Below, piece after piece: positions 61,654 through 64,000 of a stretch of DNA of 64,000 nucleotides (positions within the stretch are counted from its first letter, which is position 1; each line of letters begins with the position of its first letter). Position numbers and translations under genes: made by a program. Location of the stretch: the NCBI GenBank assembly GCA_051313645.2, contig JBNRSN020000017.1:14446001-14510000 (forward strand), written 5' to 3'. This DNA comes from Centroscyllium fabricii (taxonomy: Eukaryota). Below the pieces are notes generated by a model that did not search any database, was not told where the DNA came from, and worked only from the letters and a program-made list of their open reading frames with translations.

Positions 61654-62054
61654 AGAAACATAGAAGATAGGAGCAGGAGTAGGCCATTCGGCCCTTCGAG
61701 CCTGCTCCGCCATTCAATGAGATCATGGCTGATCATCCAAACCCAGCACCCTGTCCCTGCCCTCTCCTCATATCTCTCGATCCCTATCGAACCTACACCG
61801 ACGCATATCCCACCCTATCCCCGTAACCCCACATATTTAATCCCCCTAACACTAAGGGTCAATTTATCATGTCCAATCAACCTAACCCGCACATCTTTGG
61901 ACTGTGGGAGGAAACCGGAGCACCCGGAGGAAACCCACGCAGACATGGGGAGAATGTGCAAACTCCACACAGATAGTCACCCGAGGCTGGATTTGAACCC
62001 GGGTCTCCAGTGCTGTGAGGCAACAGTGCTAACCACTATGCCACCGTGCCGCCC
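61654..62054 (-). mobile_element. Full-length V-SINE, long tail
   Basis: Near-identical to 55142..55541. Confidence 0.94.
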
Positions 62055-62375
62055 TAGGCTTGCATTTATATAGTGCCTTCCATGACCACCGGATGTCTCA
62101 AAAGCGCTTTACAGCCAATTAAGTACTTTTTGAAGTGCAGTCACTGTTGTAATGTGGGAAACACGGCAGCTGATTTGCGCACAGCAAGGTCCCACAAACA
62201 GCAATGTGATAATGACCAGATAATCTGTTTTGGTTGAAGGCTAAATATTGGCCAGGACTCCGGGAATAACTGGAGTGTCAATCTAGCTTTATCTGCTCAA
62301 GTCCTTGGAGTGGGACTTGAACCCACAACCTACTGACACAGACGAGTGTGCTGCCCACTGAGCCACAGCTGGCAC
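62055..62375 (-). mobile_element. Deu-SINE family copy with internal deletion
   Basis: Reverse complement matches the 3' part of the 28940 element; tRNA-like head near 62310-62375. Confidence 0.75.
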
Positions 62376-62629
62376 GGTCGTCACATTAGTCGGTTTTTCA
62401 CTGCATTAAAACATCATCAATCCGCTGTTCTTGCACACCTGAGTTCATCAGTTTCACACCGACACAGCAAAGCAGAGAGAAAGTGCTGTCCACTTCCTCC
62501 AAGTGGCTAAATTCTTACAAATGCAAGGTGCCATTGATGCCTCATCAAATTCATGAACAGGAAAGGAATTAATTCCCTGCATGTCCAGCTAGTGAGTGGT
62601 GCAAGCACCTCATTATGCATGTCCCATCT

Positions 62630-63045
62630 ACACGACTTATTGTGCACCCTAACTTAATGTCGCCAGCAAACTTGGATATACAGCTCTCCAGTCATTCATC
62701 TTAGTCATTGATAAAAATCCTGAAAAGCGGAGGTCAGCACAGATCCCTGAGGGACACCACTAGTCACATCCTGCCAATTGGAGTACATACCTATTATTGC
62801 TACTCTCTGTCGCCTACCCCCTAACCAATTCCCTACCCATGTCAATAGGTTGCCTCCAATTCCATGCACTTTCATTTTTGCTAGCGGTTGCTTGTGTGGA
62901 ACCTTATCAAATACCTTCTGGAAATCCATATCAATAGCATCCATCGACATTTCCTTATCTACCACGTTCGTATCCTCAAAAAATTAAACTGCGTTAGTTA
63001 TACATGACTTGCCCTTTGTAAATCCATTCCAGCTCTCTCTGATCA
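62630..63045 (-). mobile_element. CR1 RT fragment
   Basis: DMDFQKVFDKVPH...VTSGVPQGSVL. Confidence 0.85.
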
Positions 63046-63049
63046 GTTT

Positions 63050-64000
63050 ATATTTGGCCAAGTGTATTAAGGGCAAGAGGATAACTAGGGAAAAAGTAGG
63101 GCCCATTAGGGACCAAAGTGGCAATCTGTGTGCAGAGCCAGAAGATGTAGGTGGGGTTTTAAATGAATTTTTTGCATCTGTGTTCATTATGGAGAAGGAC
63201 GCTGTAGACATAGAAATCAGGCAGGGGTCTGTGATATACTTGAACATATTACCATCGAGAGGGAGGAGGTACTAGCGGTTTTAGCAGGCTTAAAAGTGGA
63301 TAAATCCCCAGGCCCGGACGAGATGTATCCCAGGCTGCTGTGGGAGGCAAAGGAGGAGATTGCAGGGGCTCTGACACTAATTTTCAGATCCTCTCTGGCC
63401 ACAGGGGATGTGCCAGAGGACTGGAGAACAGCTAACGTAGTACCATTATTCAAGAAAGGTAGTAGGGATAAACCAGGGAATCACAGGCCAATGAGCCTAA
63501 CATCAGTGGTAGGGAAATTATTGGAAAAAATTCTGAGACACAGAATTAGTCTCCACTTGAGAGGCAGGGATTAATCAAGGATAGTCAGCATGGCTTTGTC
63601 AAGGGAAGATCATGTATGACCAATTTGATTGAATTTTTTGAGGGTGTGACTAGGTGTGTGGACGAGGGTAGTGCAGTGGATGTGGTATACATGGATTTCA
63701 GTAAGGCTTTTGATAAAGTCCCGCATAGGAGACTGGTCAAGAAGGTAAGAGCCCATGGAATCCAGGGCACCATGGCACATTGGATCCAAAACTGGCTTAG
63801 TGGCAGAAGGCAGAGGGTGATAGTCAAAAGTTGTTTTTGTGACTGGAAGCCTGTATCCAGTGGAGTACCGCAGGGATCGGTGCTGGGTCCCTTGCTGTTT
63901 GTAGTCTACATTAATGATTTGGATATGAATGTAAAAGGTATGATCAGTAAGTACGCAGATGACACAAAAATTGGTGGGGTGGTAAATAGCGAGGAGGGAA
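63050..64000 (+). mobile_element. CR1 ORF2 fragment (RT), runs off the window end
   Basis: DKSPGPDEMYPRLL...NHRPMSLTS, HGFVKGRSC, VPQGSVLGP, KYADDTKIGG; one frameshift near 63570. Confidence 0.92.

Noticed and set aside
62630-64000. 5'-inverted (twin-primed) single LINE
   Set aside because: The two oppositely oriented pieces cover overlapping RT regions and differ in sequence, so they are independent copies.

Overview
Vertebrate genomic DNA, most likely from an elasmobranch (shark or ray), inferred from its repeat repertoire: HE1/V-SINE-like and Deu-domain SINEs, CR1 LINEs and Penelope-like elements. The whole window lies inside one + strand gene, BPTF (largest NURF subunit). I can delimit 16 internal coding exons with GT-AG boundaries and consistent phases, running from the post-PHD1 acidic region to the Thr-rich region. 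The start and the C-terminal PHD/bromodomain exons are outside the window. The introns are full of mobile elements: CR1 fragments, tRNA-derived SINEs with two alternative tails, TA-flanked Tc1/mariner-type MITEs rich in NRF1/YY1-like motifs, hAT MITEs with 8-bp TSDs, three solo LTRs with 5-bp TSDs, and Penelope-like pieces carrying minimal hammerhead ribozyme motifs, including a ~620-bp near-perfect palindrome. The main oddities are a 16 x 36-bp in-frame tandem repeat inside the giant BPTF exon, ribozyme-bearing fold-back elements in the pre-mRNA, SINE tail swapping, module sharing between unrelated MITE superfamilies, and a locally templated inverted insertion. Family and homolog assignments come from recalled sequence similarity, not from database searches. 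Most short ORFs in the track are spurious or decayed LINE pieces.
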